Shown piece after piece: positions 1 to 9,478 of a DNA stretch of 64,000 nt; within the stretch, counting starts at the first letter, position 1; each line of letters opens with the position of its first letter. The notes below the pieces were generated by a model. The model was not told the origin of the DNA. It ran no database searches and worked only from the letters and a program-made list of their open reading frames with translations. Source of the DNA: an uncultured Gemmatimonadaceae bacterium. GTDB taxonomy: Bacteria > Gemmatimonadota > Gemmatimonadetes > Gemmatimonadales > GWC2-71-9. Position numbers and translations under genes: made by a program. Location of the stretch: assembly GCA_964348385.1 (NCBI GenBank), contig CAYGCN010000001.1, positions 537 to 64,536 of the forward strand. Reading direction: 5' to 3'.

Positions 1-2307
1 CGGGGCGGAGATCTGTATCGGCAGCGACGCCTGCCCGCCGTACGGCACGTTCAGCGTGCTCGGCATGCTCAGCACCTGCACCGATACGAGCACCGACAGC
101 GTACCCTCGCTGAAGCCGCTCGTGTTGGCGCGGATGAGGGTGGTGCCGGCACCGACACCGAACAGCTTGACCTGTCCCACAGTCTCGCCGAACGGGATGA
201 GGACCCCGCCGCCACCAACGGTATCAACGGCGACGACAGCAGAGTTGTCGGAGCTGACGCTCACGAAGGCGCCACCCGTGGGCGCCGGTGCGGTGAGCGT
301 AACCCGCACGAAGGCCGAGTCACTGAGGCGGATGCGGTTCGCGCCGATCAACTCGAGCAGGATCGTGGGATTCGGGAAGACCGCGGTTGCCGTGAACACC
401 GCGGGCGTGAGACCGTCCACGGCGGCTGTGGCCGTCTGCTCCACGCTGTTTGTGCCGAGCGTCCAGACGGACTGCGCCTGCCCCTCGGAGTCCGTGGTGC
501 TGGCCGACGGCGCGAGTGATCCCGTGAGCGTCGACCACGTTACGTCCGCACCGGGCACGCCGTTCCCCGCGGAATCCCGGACCTGGACCACCAGCGGTTC
601 AGGCAGCGCGGTGCCGGCCTCGGCGGACTGCCCCGATCCGGACACGACGAGCACCGTGTCGGGCTGGCCCACCGTTCCCGTCGCGGTGAACACCACCGGC
701 GGCAGCCCGGTGAGCGTCGCCGTGAGCGAGTTCCCGCCGAGGCCGATGGTCCAAGAGCCGACCCGCGCGATGCCGCTCGCGTCGGTCACCGCGGCGGCAC
801 CGGTGACACTGCCCCCACCGGCAGTGACGGCGAAGTTCACCGTGACACCTGCCACAGGGCTGCTCGCCGCATCACGAACCACGACGGCGGGAGCGACCGG
901 GACGGTCGTACCGGCGAGCGCCGTCTGGCCATCGCCATCACTGATCGCCATGGTCATGGCTCCACCCGGTCCCGTCGCGGTGGCGGTGAACATGACGGGC
1001 GTCAGCGTGTCGGCAGTCGCGGTGAGGGTGTTGAGGCCAATCGTGGGTCCGAGGACCCATGTGCCCACGGCGGCGAGACCTTCCGTGTCGGTCACCACCG
1101 AGTCCCCGGTCACGCTGCCGCCGCCGGATGCCACGGCAAACACGACGTCGACGCCGGGGATCGGGTTCCCCAGCGCGTCGGTGATCCGCACGGCGGGTGC
1201 CGTGGCGACGGCCGTGCCCACCACGGCGCTCTGTCCGTCGCCGGCCACGATCGTGATGCCGCCGACACCTGTCGCCTGCGCGGTAGCGGTGAAGCTCGCA
1301 GTGACACCGGTCAAGCGTGGTGTCGATGCCTGCACCGTCTGCGATCCCACCACGTTGCCGAGTGTCCACGAGACCGATGCTCGGCCGCCCGCATCCGTCA
1401 GCACGGAATCCGCCGAGAGCGATCCACCGCCGCTGGCCACCGTGAACCGCATCCACTGGTCAGCCACGCCGATGCCATCACTTGCCACCGCCCGCGCGAC
1501 CAGGGGATCCAGCAGTGCCGTGCCTGCCGGCGCCGATTGCCCGGATCCTGATTCCGCCACGAGCGTCGCCGGCGGCAAGAGCACCCCCACCGACGTGGTG
1601 TCCGACTGCCCGGTGAGCAGGCGCGCCATGACCCGGGCGCTGCCACGCTGCGGCTTGCCGATGACCCGCCCCGAGTCGGGCCGCGCGACATAGGCGTGTG
1701 CCGTATCCAGACAGACCCATTCGATCGGCGTGCCCGGAATCGGTGCGCCGGCGCTGTCGAGTGCCTGGGCCACGAGCAATGTCGATTCGCCGGCCATGAC
1801 GGTGGTGCCCTCAGTGAGGATCGCGACCGCGGCGGCGTTCGCTCCGATGCCGCAATACCGAAACGTCACGGGGACGAGTGGCGGCGGCCCCGAGGTGGCA
1901 GGCTGCACCGGCACGGGCCCCGCACAAAAGGCGGTGTCACCCGCCGGGGTCACCAGGGCGATCAACAGCTCGAGGGTCTCGTTCGGGTCGAGCATCGGAA
2001 CGGTGAACGTGAAGTCCACCGAATCGGTGCCCGCGGCAAAGGTCAAGACCGTGTCGCGGACGGTCTCGCCGCCGGGAACACGGCGAATCGTGACGCGGCC
2101 CGCGGAGAGCGGCACAATGCCGGCAGCGGCGCTCGCGAAGGAAGGCGCGACGGCCAGTGTGCCGGTGATGGGGAACTGGGGACCCGTCCGATCCGTGCAG
2201 TTGAGCACGATCGCACCCGCGACGGCGGCCCAGAAGAGCGTGCGCTTCAGAGCCGACCGGGGCTCGCGCCTTCCGGAATCGCGATCTGTCTGCGCTACGG
2301 ACTCCAT
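1..2307 (-). CDS. Large exported protein with tandem bacterial Ig-like repeats (first 769 codons; 3' end lies beyond window start)
   Basis: Absent from the ORF track because the frame runs off the window edge. The reverse frame ending at 2307 is open for all 769 codons; I hand-checked it at 1-60, 1228-1242, 1441-1500 and 2161-2307. ATG at 2305-2307 is followed by a basic region and a hydrophobic segment (KRTLFWAAVAGAIVL). Four ~100-aa modules each start G[DS]GQ[ST]A and contain VTD..G.A.V.WTLG....LTAT, which looks Big_1/invasin-like. No other listed minus-strand ORF lies in this frame. Confidence 0.8.
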   Translation of the reverse strand, partial: MESVAQTDRDSGRREPRSALKRTLFWAAVAGAIVLNCTDRTGPQFPITGTLAVAPSFASAAAGIVPLSAGRVTIRRVPGGETVRDTVLTFAAGTDSVDFTFTVPMLDPNETLELLIALVTPAGDTAFCAGPVPVQPATSGPPPLVPVTFRYCGIGANAAAVAILTEGTTVMAGESTLLVAQALDSAGAPIPGTPIEWVCLDTAHAYVARPDSGRVIGKPQRGSARVMARLLTGQSDTTSVGVLLPPATLVAESGSGQSAPAGTALLDPLVARAVASDGIGVADQWMRFTVASGGGSLSADSVLTDAGGRASVSWTLGNVVGSQTVQASTPRLTGVTASFTATAQATGVGGITIVAGDGQSAVVGTAVATAPAVRITDALGNPIPGVDVVFAVASGGGSVTGDSVVTDTEGLAAVGTWVLGPTIGLNTLTATADTLTPVMFTATATGPGGAMTMAISDGDGQTALAGTTVPVAPAVVVRDAASSPVAGVTVNFAVTAGGGSVTGAAAVTDASGIARVGSWTIGLGGNSLTATLTGLPPVVFTATGTVGQPDTVLVVSGSGQSAEAGTALPEPLVVQVRDSAGNGVPGADVTWSTLTGSLAPSASTTDSEGQAQSVWTLGTNSVEQTATAAVDGLTPAVFTATAVFPNPTILLELIGANRIRLSDSAFVRVTLTAPAPTGGAFVSVSSDNSAVVAVDTVGGGGVLIPFGETVGQVKLFGVGAGTTLIRANTSGFSEGTLSVLVSVQVLSMPSTLNVPYGGQASLPIQISAP
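379..1566 (-). repeat. Four tandem ~300-nt (about 100-aa) Ig-like coding repeats inside the 1..2307 gene
   Basis: Module starts GSGQS (aa 254), GDGQS (aa 356), GDGQT (aa 458) and GSGQS (aa 557) are spaced 102, 102 and 99 aa apart. Each ends ...FTATA. The repeats are diverged at the protein level and are not identical DNA copies. Confidence 0.7.
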
Positions 2308-3419
2308 TCGAGAAACAGCGTTCCCCTTGGCCCCCGGAAGTGAATGCGCTCAGTCCCCTGCACGAGGAACCCCGTGATCCCGCTTCCCTGCAGCACGGCC
2401 GCGAGCCCCGTCATGAGCTGGAAGCGGACGTCGCCGCCGTAGCGGAGCGCTTCACCGTTGATGTTGAACCCGGCCTCTCCCCCGGTATCCTCCGACGACC
2501 AGCGATACTCCGCCCGCGGGGTCACGAAGAGGCGTGCCGTCACGCGGAAGTCGTAGTGAAGCCCCGCGGCAAAGAGGTTCCCCCGCGGCAGGACCGCCGT
2601 TCCGATGGACGTCTGTTCCAGCTGCGCGCTCCCCCGATACACGTCGAAGGCATACAAGGTGAGCGAGCCATTCCCGATGCCCTGATTCAATGAGAAGTAG
2701 CCAATCACGCGATTGCCGATGCCGTTCGTCGAGTCACCGAACGCGTCGTTGCTTTGGTGGGCGAAGATACCTGCCACCCGGAGGTACGTGCGTCGAGCAA
2801 GCGGTCCTTCGGCACCGGCGCGGACGCGAACGTCCAGCCCCGGCTTGAGCTTGCGCTCATCGCCCACGATGGGGACGTAGTTGAACGGCTTGCGCACCGT
2901 TCCGCCCACGCCGATCGACCAGCCGGCACCGACGGGCAGGGCACCGCCGAACCCACCGCCCGCACTGCCGCCACTTCCCAGACTCGGCGCCTGGAAACCG
3001 ATGATGTCACTGGAGAGCACACCGAGAATGGCCAGCTCTTGCTCTTCGACCGTCTTGACACCCGTGGGGATTGTCGTCGTCGCGAACGCGATGAGCCGAC
3101 CGGGGATCACGTTCCACGACAGGCGCGCCTGCGTATCCAGCACACCCGAGATCTTGAGCGGCCCGTTTTGGCTCCCACCCCGGCTCCACAACTGGACGTG
3201 CCCGTACCCGGTCGAGAGTGCGAGCTCACCCACCCTCCCCAGTGGCACCGATATACCGACGGGAAACGCGAACTCCTCGACCTTGGAGAACGGCACGCCT
3301 TCGTCGAACCAGTATCCCTCCCCCGACGCCGAAACCGATATCCGAATGGGGAACTGCGCCCCAGCCCGCGACGCGCCTAGTGCCAGGACGATTCCGAGTA
3401 CGAAGGCCGCGCGTCTCAT
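2295..3419 (-). CDS. Outer-membrane beta-barrel protein, family unassigned
   Basis: Only the last 374 codons of track ORF 2295..4799 look real. ATG at 3417-3419 gives the signal peptide MRRAAFVLGIVLALGASRAGAQ. The protein has amphipathic strand-like segments, Gly-rich loops and an aromatic C-terminus (LFLEWSP). Its start overlaps the upstream stop as ATGA (3416-3419). Confidence 0.7.
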   Translation of the reverse strand: MRRAAFVLGIVLALGASRAGAQFPIRISVSASGEGYWFDEGVPFSKVEEFAFPVGISVPLGRVGELALSTGYGHVQLWSRGGSQNGPLKISGVLDTQARLSWNVIPGRLIAFATTTIPTGVKTVEEQELAILGVLSSDIIGFQAPSLGSGGSAGGGFGGALPVGAGWSIGVGGTVRKPFNYVPIVGDERKLKPGLDVRVRAGAEGPLARRTYLRVAGIFAHQSNDAFGDSTNGIGNRVIGYFSLNQGIGNGSLTLYAFDVYRGSAQLEQTSIGTAVLPRGNLFAAGLHYDFRVTARLFVTPRAEYRWSSEDTGGEAGFNINGEALRYGGDVRFQLMTGLAAVLQGSGITGFLVQGTERIHFRGPRGTLFLEWSP

Positions 3420-4774
3420 GGCAGTCGGAAGAAGATCCGAATCACACCCGAAGCCGTCGGTGGTGTCCCCAGGACGCGCACCGTGGTCGGGGGATTGGAC
3501 GAAGTGGTATTGGATCCCGTGCTGGTAGGAGTAATCGTCGGCGCCGTGACTTCGGCTTGCGTTCCCGCAATGTCGATGATCGTGGTGGTCAGGGCGGTCC
3601 CCTGTGGGGCGACGACCATCGGCGCGGGCGCGGGCGCGCTCACGGTCGCGAGCTGCGTAACCGCCGCCGGCGGGGCATCGACCACCTGCTGACCCGCGAC
3701 CGCCGCCTGGTGCGCCTCGCGGGCGGCGCGGAAATTCGGATCCGCCTGAACGGCCTGGGCGAAGTACATCGCTGCCGACCGGTAATCGCCGCGATCCTCG
3801 GCCTCCAGACCGTGGGAATAGGCCAGGAATGCGGCGAGGTCTTGGGTGCCGTTCTCGAGAATGAGACGGAACTCCGCCTGAGAGAGCTGATACCCAAGGA
3901 GGCGCGCAACGTCCACCACCAGTTGCTTCTCCATCCTGAGCAGGTCGCGCAGGTCGCCAGCCTGTCGCGTGGGCGGGCTTACCTCTCCCGTGCCCGCCAC
4001 CACACTCGCCTCCATGCGCGTGGCGCCTCGTGGGGGTATCGTCACCAGTCCCTGCACCAGTCGTCCCGCTCGAACCAGGTGCCCGACGCGAGCAGCTGTG
4101 GCCGGGTCGATTCGGCCCGTCTCGGCGAGCCTGAGCTCCTCGATCAGCACGCCGACCTGCAATCGCTCCACCATGGTGAAGCGGCGCAGCAGCGCGAGAT
4201 CGGTGGAAAGGATCTGCGCCAGTCCCCGTCGCAGCGGGCGGTACATGGAATCTCCCACGATGTCGATCGGCAGCACCGCGACCGTCGCGGGATCGCCCGG
4301 CGTTCGCCCCAGCTCGGCCTCGCGCGCCAGGGCCAGGCGAGCGTTGGTCATCGCGCGGTCGCGCCGGGCAATGCTCTGCCGCGCCCTCACCGACGGGGAT
4401 CCGGCCCGATCGGGGTGATCCTCCAGGTACCGCGCGTAGACGGCGAGGGCCTCGTCGTATTCTTGGACGCGCTCCAGGCAGCCACCCACGACGAGTGGGC
4501 CCAGCGCACGGTCCGGCCGCCGCTCCATGCCCGACCGCGCCACGACTGTCGCAGTGTCGCACCGATCCGCGGCGTACAGCGCGGCCGCATAGCGAAGCAG
4601 CGCGTCGCCATCGTTCGGGTGCGCGGCTAGCCGAGCTTCGAGGTCGGGGATCTCCTCCGGTGAAACCTGCTGCGCCACCCGCGGTGCACAGCCCGACACA
4701 CCGGTCACGAGGCTCACTACTAGCAGGGGGACGAAGGAACGGCGCCAGACGGAAGCGGTACGGATCTCGAACAT
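3416..4774 (-). CDS. Lipoprotein with TPR-like repeats and a CsgG/LpoB-like alpha/beta domain
   Basis: I chose the internal ATG at 4772-4774 (GGAG sits 6 nt upstream). It gives MFEIRTASVWRRSFVPLLVVSLVTGVSGC with the lipobox VSGC. TPR-like helices are present (ALLRYAAALY..., EYDEALAVYARYLEDHPD, YRSAAMYFAQAVQADPN). The segment VAVLPIDIVGDS...FTMVERLQVGVLIEELRL...GRLVQG resembles the CsgG/LpoB fold. The tail is Thr/Pro/Ser-rich. Confidence 0.65.
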   Translation of the reverse strand: MFEIRTASVWRRSFVPLLVVSLVTGVSGCAPRVAQQVSPEEIPDLEARLAAHPNDGDALLRYAAALYAADRCDTATVVARSGMERRPDRALGPLVVGGCLERVQEYDEALAVYARYLEDHPDRAGSPSVRARQSIARRDRAMTNARLALAREAELGRTPGDPATVAVLPIDIVGDSMYRPLRRGLAQILSTDLALLRRFTMVERLQVGVLIEELRLAETGRIDPATAARVGHLVRAGRLVQGLVTIPPRGATRMEASVVAGTGEVSPPTRQAGDLRDLLRMEKQLVVDVARLLGYQLSQAEFRLILENGTQDLAAFLAYSHGLEAEDRGDYRSAAMYFAQAVQADPNFRAAREAHQAAVAGQQVVDAPPAAVTQLATVSAPAPAPMVVAPQGTALTTTIIDIAGTQAEVTAPTITPTSTGSNTTSSNPPTTVRVLGTPPTASGVIRIFFRLP

Positions 4775-4989
4775 ACGACGCTCCGGCGCTCCCACCCACG
4801 ACGACAACAGGGGAAGCGACATCGGGACTGGAGGAGCGAACTTGCGCCGCGGGTCACGACCCGTCAAGACGCGGCGCCCAACCCGGGATCGACCGATTCA
4901 CGGTGCAAGTCCCGCGCCGCGCGCCTGCGTTTCGGTGAGACTACTCGATTACGTGCTGTTGGAGTCGGAGATCAGACGAACGACGAGGG

Positions 4990-5277
4990 CTACTCGCTGA
5001 GGGATCGGTAGAGATCTCGGAGGTGGTGCTCACGAAGATCGTGGACGCACTCCCACAGATCTGCCTCGCTCACGGCGCAGAAGATCTCTGCCGTCGAGGA
5101 CGTGAGGCCTGCCTCCGGCGAACCGAAGTGGAGCCGCCCCCGCCACACACCGTCTTCGGTGCGGCGCATTTCGAGTTGCAACGCCACGAGTCCGCCTTCG
5201 TATCGGAGAGGCGGAAGATCGTGCACGACTGGATCTGAGGGGTTCGGCGCACCGTAGCGGACCGGATTCCCCGCCAT
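4990..5277 (-). CDS. Hypothetical 95-aa protein (orphan)
   Basis: Track ORF 4990..5361 trimmed to the ATG at 5275-5277 (MAGNPVRYG...), because a sigma70-like promoter lies inside the longer ORF. I recognise no motifs. The sequence looks globular (…LRYEGGLVALQLEMRRTEDGVWRGRLHFG…). Confidence 0.5.
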   Translation of the reverse strand: MAGNPVRYGAPNPSDPVVHDLPPLRYEGGLVALQLEMRRTEDGVWRGRLHFGSPEAGLTSSTAEIFCAVSEADLWECVHDLREHHLRDLYRSLSE

Positions 5278-5303
5278 GAGCAACTCGTCGGTCGGTTTGC
5301 GCA

Positions 5304-5331
5304 AATATAAAGGGATTCGGCACTTACGCAA
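5304..5331 (-). promoter_or_regulatory. Sigma70-like promoter for the 95-aa ORF
   Basis: Minus strand reads TTGCGT (5331-5326), a 16-nt spacer, then TATATT (5309-5304). This is an AT-rich island in GC-rich DNA, about 26 nt upstream of the ATG at 5277. Confidence 0.5.
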
Positions 5332-5431
5332 TACAGCGAGGCCGTTGTCCGGCCCGGTCACGGCGGGTGTGAGCGGCTCACGACGTGTTGTGCAGACGCC
5401 TCGTTTGGGCTCGTCCGGCGCTGGCGGGCGT

Positions 5432-6586
5432 TCACCAGATCGGGTAGATGGGAACCGGGCTGAAGGTTGCGATGAACAGCACCATGGTGGCCACGCCCAG
5501 AAGCTTGCGGCCCGCCGGCAGCGGACGGTGAGGCTCGAGCACGCTGGGGTGCACCACTCTGCCCCTGCCGACCATCAGAATCAGGCCGGCCCACAGCCAC
5601 CAGAACCACGCGATCCACGGCGAGACTTCCCGACCCACCACATATCCTAGAACCAGCAGCCCCACGAGCGCCACGGTGCTCACCACCCCCTGGCGCCGTC
5701 CCAGCAGCGCGTAGAGCACGTGGCCACCATCGAGCTGTCCCAGCGGGAGGAGGTTGAGCGTGGTCACGAACAGGCCGAGCCACCCCGCGAAGGCCAGCGG
5801 ATGGAGCAGCACGGTTCCTTCACCTACCAGACGCTCGCGGAGCGCGGCGAAGATCGGGGAGTCACCGAGGTAGACCTGGAGCTCGGCGAGCATCACGAAC
5901 TGGGATGACGGACCGATCTCGGCAACGAGTTGTGAGCGGAGCAGCCCGGCTATCAAGGCGATTACCGCCACGACAAACCCGGCCCAGGGGCCCGCGGCGC
6001 CGACATCCATGAGTTGGCGCCGATCCACCACCTGGCTGCGGAGCCGGATGAACGCGCCGAACGTGCCAATGAAGTTGACGACCGGCGGTGCGGGCAGAAA
6101 GTACGGCGGCGACGCATTGAGGCCGTAGCGCCGGGCCCAGATGTAGTGCCCCGATTCGTGTGCGAGGAGAATAGCCATCAAGGCCATCGCAAACCCGAGC
6201 CCGGCAGGCATGCGGGTGAGCTCGCTCCACATTTCGCCGAGTATCTCCGGTGCGCGAGCGTAGTCGAGGTGAAACGGAAACGCCAACGGCAGCGACGAGC
6301 CGGTGAGCAACGCGCCGCTCATCCATACCGTGAGAAACGTGGCAAGGAACAGCACGCCGTGGAGCCACCAGCGCTCGCGCTGCGGTGCCACGAGCGGCGT
6401 GATGAGCACGAGACGATCGATGCCGTCGATGCGACTCCAGTAGTGCAGCCCGCCCCACGCGCGGAGGGCCGAGCGCAGCTCGGCCGACGGGCCATGGTGC
6501 GCCGGATCTACCAGGGCCTCGACGATCTCCCGATCGCGGGTCCTGATCGTGCGCCACCATGAAAGAAAAGGGATCAGGGCGTTCAC
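5432..6586 (-). CDS. Site-2 protease family (peptidase M50) membrane metalloprotease
   Basis: HExxH motif ([11 protein letters not shown]), multiple TM segments, and [14 protein letters not shown], the second M50 signature. Confidence 0.85.
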   Translation of the reverse strand: MNALIPFLSWWRTIRTRDREIVEALVDPAHHGPSAELRSALRAWGGLHYWSRIDGIDRLVLITPLVAPQRERWWLHGVLFLATFLTVWMSGALLTGSSLPLAFPFHLDYARAPEILGEMWSELTRMPAGLGFAMALMAILLAHESGHYIWARRYGLNASPPYFLPAPPVVNFIGTFGAFIRLRSQVVDRRQLMDVGAAGPWAGFVVAVIALIAGLLRSQLVAEIGPSSQFVMLAELQVYLGDSPIFAALRERLVGEGTVLLHPLAFAGWLGLFVTTLNLLPLGQLDGGHVLYALLGRRQGVVSTVALVGLLVLGYVVGREVSPWIAWFWWLWAGLILMVGRGRVVHPSVLEPHRPLPAGRKLLGVATMVLFIATFSPVPIYPIW

Positions 6587-6594
6587 GGCGCCCC

Positions 6595-6623
6595 TTGACG
6601 CCCCTCGGGGCGACCCGTATCCT
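6595..6623 (+). promoter_or_regulatory. Sigma70-like promoter upstream of rho
   Basis: TTGACG (6595-6600), a 17-nt spacer, then TATCCT (6618-6623). This would give a leader of about 125 nt before the GTG at 6754. Confidence 0.5.
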
Positions 6624-6753
6624 TACGCAACCCACTCATCCAGTAGCTATCCCCAAGAGACGCTCAGCCTCACGACGCGATCCGAATGCGCCCGGCGCAC
6701 GGGCCGCGGCACTCTCACCCGACTCGGGTCACCCGACGGAGACATCCAGCACC

Positions 6754-8007
6754 GTGGATATCGCAGAACTCAAACGGAAATCGGTCGCCGAGCTCCACGC
6801 ACTCGCCGAAGAGTTGAACATCACCAACTACTCAGGCCTCCGCAAGCAGGATCTCATCTTCCGCATCGAACAATCGCTCCTGGATTCGGACACGGTACTC
6901 CGCGGGGAAGGCGTGCTCGAAATCCTTCCGGAAGGCTACGGATTCCTGCGCAGTGCCGACTGGAACTACTTGTACGGTCCCGACGACATCTACGTGAGCC
7001 CAAGCCAGATCAAGCGGTTCGATCTGCGCACCGGCGACACCGTACTCGGCCAGGTCCGTCCCCCCAAGGAAGGCGAGCGCTATCTGGCGCTGCTCAAGGT
7101 CGAGCAGGTCAACGCCGAGGATCCCGAGAAGGCCAAGCATCGCATCGCCTTCGACAACCTCAAGCCGCGCTACGCCGATCGCCGGATCTGGTTGGAGCAG
7201 ACCTCGGGCGACCTGTCCATGCGCGTCATGGACCTGCTGACTCCGGTCGGCTTCGGTCAGCGCGGGCTGATCGTGTCTCCGCCGAAAGCGGGGAAGACCA
7301 TTCTCCTGCAGAAGATGGCGAACTCGATCGCGCAGAATCACCCCGAGGCAGTGCTCATCGTGCTCCTCATCGACGAGCGACCCGAAGAGGTCACGGACAT
7401 GGAGGAGAACGTCGAGGGCGCCGAGGTGATCGCGTCGACCTTCGACGAACCCGCCGATCGTCACGTGCAGGTCGCGGATATGGTGATCGAGAAGGCCCGC
7501 CGGATGGTGGAGCACGGACGCGACGTGGTGATCCTGCTCGACTCGATTACCCGGCTCGCCCGCGCGCACAACGTGGTCATCCCGCACTCGGGGAAGATCC
7601 TCTCGGGTGGCGTCGACGCTAATGCCCTGCAGAAGCCGAAGCGGTTCTTCGGCGCGGCACGGAACATCGACAGCGGCGGCTCGCTCACCATCATCGCGAC
7701 GGCGCTCATCGAGACCGGCAGCCGTATGGACGAGGTGATCTTCGAGGAGTTCAAGGGGACGGGTAACATGGAGTTGGTGCTCGATCGACGCATCGCCGAC
7801 CGACGGATCTATCCCGCCATCGACGTGCAGCGCAGCTCGACGCGGAAAGAGGAACTGCTGCTCGAGCCCAACGCCCTGAACAAGATCTACCTGCTCCGCA
7901 ACTTCCTGGCGGACATGCCGACCGTGGAGGCCACCGAGTTCCTGCTCGAGCGCATGAAGCGCACCAAGACGAACAAGGAATTCTTCGCCACCATGCAGGA
8001 GGGATGA
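6754..8007 (+). CDS. rho: Transcription termination factor Rho
   Basis: Track ORF 6559..8007 trimmed to the in-frame GTG at 6754 ([23 protein letters not shown], a typical Rho N-terminus; 417 aa). The longer form would overlap the divergent M50 gene and the predicted promoter. Walker A is PPKAGKT, and the Rho C-terminus is present ([19 protein letters not shown]). Confidence 0.9.
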   Translation: MDIAELKRKSVAELHALAEELNITNYSGLRKQDLIFRIEQSLLDSDTVLRGEGVLEILPEGYGFLRSADWNYLYGPDDIYVSPSQIKRFDLRTGDTVLGQVRPPKEGERYLALLKVEQVNAEDPEKAKHRIAFDNLKPRYADRRIWLEQTSGDLSMRVMDLLTPVGFGQRGLIVSPPKAGKTILLQKMANSIAQNHPEAVLIVLLIDERPEEVTDMEENVEGAEVIASTFDEPADRHVQVADMVIEKARRMVEHGRDVVILLDSITRLARAHNVVIPHSGKILSGGVDANALQKPKRFFGAARNIDSGGSLTIIATALIETGSRMDEVIFEEFKGTGNMELVLDRRIADRRIYPAIDVQRSSTRKEELLLEPNALNKIYLLRNFLADMPTVEATEFLLERMKRTKTNKEFFATMQEG

Positions 8008-8489
8008 GCGTCGGGGAATCAACCGCTGGGTCCCACGGGCGATCCAATCACCCGCCCGACGACCTCCCCACCGCTGGTCGCCTGCTCGCGATCGATATCG
8101 GCGACAAGCGGATCGGGCTCGCCCTCACCGACCCGTTGCAGACCGTCGCCCAACCTCTCGCGACCCTGACCCGCCGCATGGGGCGTCGCTTTCCGTTCAA
8201 GCGCCTCAAGGATCACCTGGAGGCCCACCGACCCGTGGGGATCGTCGTGGGGTTGCCGTTGCGTCCGGATGGGACGGAGGGCGGGCGAGCGCGCGAGGCC
8301 CGCGGCATTGCCACCCGCGTCGCCGAGCTCACGGGTCTGCCCGTCGTGTTGCGGGACGAGCGGATGACGACCGCGCGCGCGCTCGACGCGATCCGAGACT
8401 TGGGCGGTGGCCTCAAGGGCCGCAAACAGGAGATCGACCAGCTGGCGGCGACCATCCTGCTGCAGAGCTTCCTCGAGTCGCGCCGATGA
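8004..8489 (+). CDS. ruvX: Holliday-junction-resolvase-like pre-16S rRNA nuclease RuvX/YqgF
   Basis: [17 protein letters not shown] and the DERMTT motif. ATGA overlap with the rho stop. Confidence 0.85.
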   Translation: MSVGESTAGSHGRSNHPPDDLPTAGRLLAIDIGDKRIGLALTDPLQTVAQPLATLTRRMGRRFPFKRLKDHLEAHRPVGIVVGLPLRPDGTEGGRAREARGIATRVAELTGLPVVLRDERMTTARALDAIRDLGGGLKGRKQEIDQLAATILLQSFLESRR

Positions 8490-9478
8490 GCCCGAGACTC
8501 GGGATGGGCCTGCTCGTGGTGGCGATCGCCTGCACCGATGCGCCGCCACCGACGGGGACCGTGGAATTCTCCGTGCCCCGCGGGGCCACCCTCAGCGCGG
8601 TGGCAGAATCGCTCGCCGCCCGGGACCTCGTGCAATCCGCAGCGCTGTTCCGCTTCTATGCGACGCTCAAGGGGCAGGGTCGCGCGGTGCAGGCAGGGAC
8701 GTACGACGTGCCGCGCGGCGGCTCGATGGATGCGGTCCTCCGCATCCTCGTCGCCGGCCGGCCGGCCGAACGCCGGCTGAGCATCGCCGAGGGACTCATG
8801 CTCACCGAGATCGCCGCCGCCATCGAGGCACAACTCGGTATCCCCGCCGAAAGCGTCCTGGTCGCGGCCCGCGACGACTCCCTGCGAGACGCACTGCGCG
8901 TCCCCGGTGCGACCCTGGAAGGGTATCTGTTTCCCAGTTCCTACCTCGTACCGATCGGCGCGCGCGCCCGTGACGTGGTGCGCCAAATGGCAACCGAGTT
9001 CTGGCGACGCTGGACGCCGACGTGGGACGCCCGTCTCGACACGCTGGGGCTGTCGCGTGGCGAGTTGGTGACCCTGGCGAGCATCATCGAGGGGGAAGTG
9101 CGCTACGGGCCCGACCGACGGTACGTGGCATCGGTGTACCACAATCGCCTGGCGCTCGGCATGCGACTCCAGGCGGACCCCACCGTGATCTACGCGCTGG
9201 GGCGCCGCCGGCGCCTGTTCGAGCGGGACTACCAGACGCGGTCGCCGTACAATACGTATGTGATCGACGGGTTGCCGCCCGGCCCGATCGGGTCACCCTC
9301 GACGGCGAGTCTCCAGGCGGCGTTGTATCCCGCCCGCTCCCAGTTCCTCTACTTCGTGGCGCGACCCGATGGCAAGCACATCTTCTCACGCACCTATGCC
9401 GAACACCTCCGCGCCATCCGTGAGGTCCGGGGCTCCACGCCGGCCCGCCGCGAGTCTACCGGAGGGACGCGTCGATGA
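8486..9478 (+). CDS. mltG: Endolytic murein transglycosylase MltG (YceG-like)
   Basis: YceG signatures are present: ASIIEGE, YNTYVIDGLPPGPIGSPS, LYFVARPDGKHIFSRTYAEH. There is an N-terminal hydrophobic anchor. ATGA overlap with ruvX. Confidence 0.85.
   Translation: MSPRLGMGLLVVAIACTDAPPPTGTVEFSVPRGATLSAVAESLAARDLVQSAALFRFYATLKGQGRAVQAGTYDVPRGGSMDAVLRILVAGRPAERRLSIAEGLMLTEIAAAIEAQLGIPAESVLVAARDDSLRDALRVPGATLEGYLFPSSYLVPIGARARDVVRQMATEFWRRWTPTWDARLDTLGLSRGELVTLASIIEGEVRYGPDRRYVASVYHNRLALGMRLQADPTVIYALGRRRRLFERDYQTRSPYNTYVIDGLPPGPIGSPSTASLQAALYPARSQFLYFVARPDGKHIFSRTYAEHLRAIREVRGSTPARRESTGGTRR

Noticed and set aside
56-1693. 545-aa plus-strand ORF, the longest track entry in the first 2 kb
   Set aside because: Its composition is Ala/Pro/Thr/Ser/Val-rich and motif-free. 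It is the antisense shadow of a clearly Ig-repeat-encoding minus-strand frame that is open across 1..2307. The same applies to 1696..2343 and 1730..2377 (+).
2295-4799. 834-aa minus-strand ORF treated as one gene
   Set aside because: Only the last 374 codons (from the ATG at 3419, which gives a signal peptide) look like protein. The upstream 460 codons are Arg/Gly/Pro-rich and overlap, out of frame, the well-formed lipoprotein gene at 3416..4774.
6559-6753. 65-codon N-terminal extension of Rho, suggestive of the insertion domains seen in some high-GC Rho proteins
   Set aside because: It overlaps the divergent M50 gene and a good promoter. The canonical Rho N-terminus begins exactly at the in-frame GTG at 6754.
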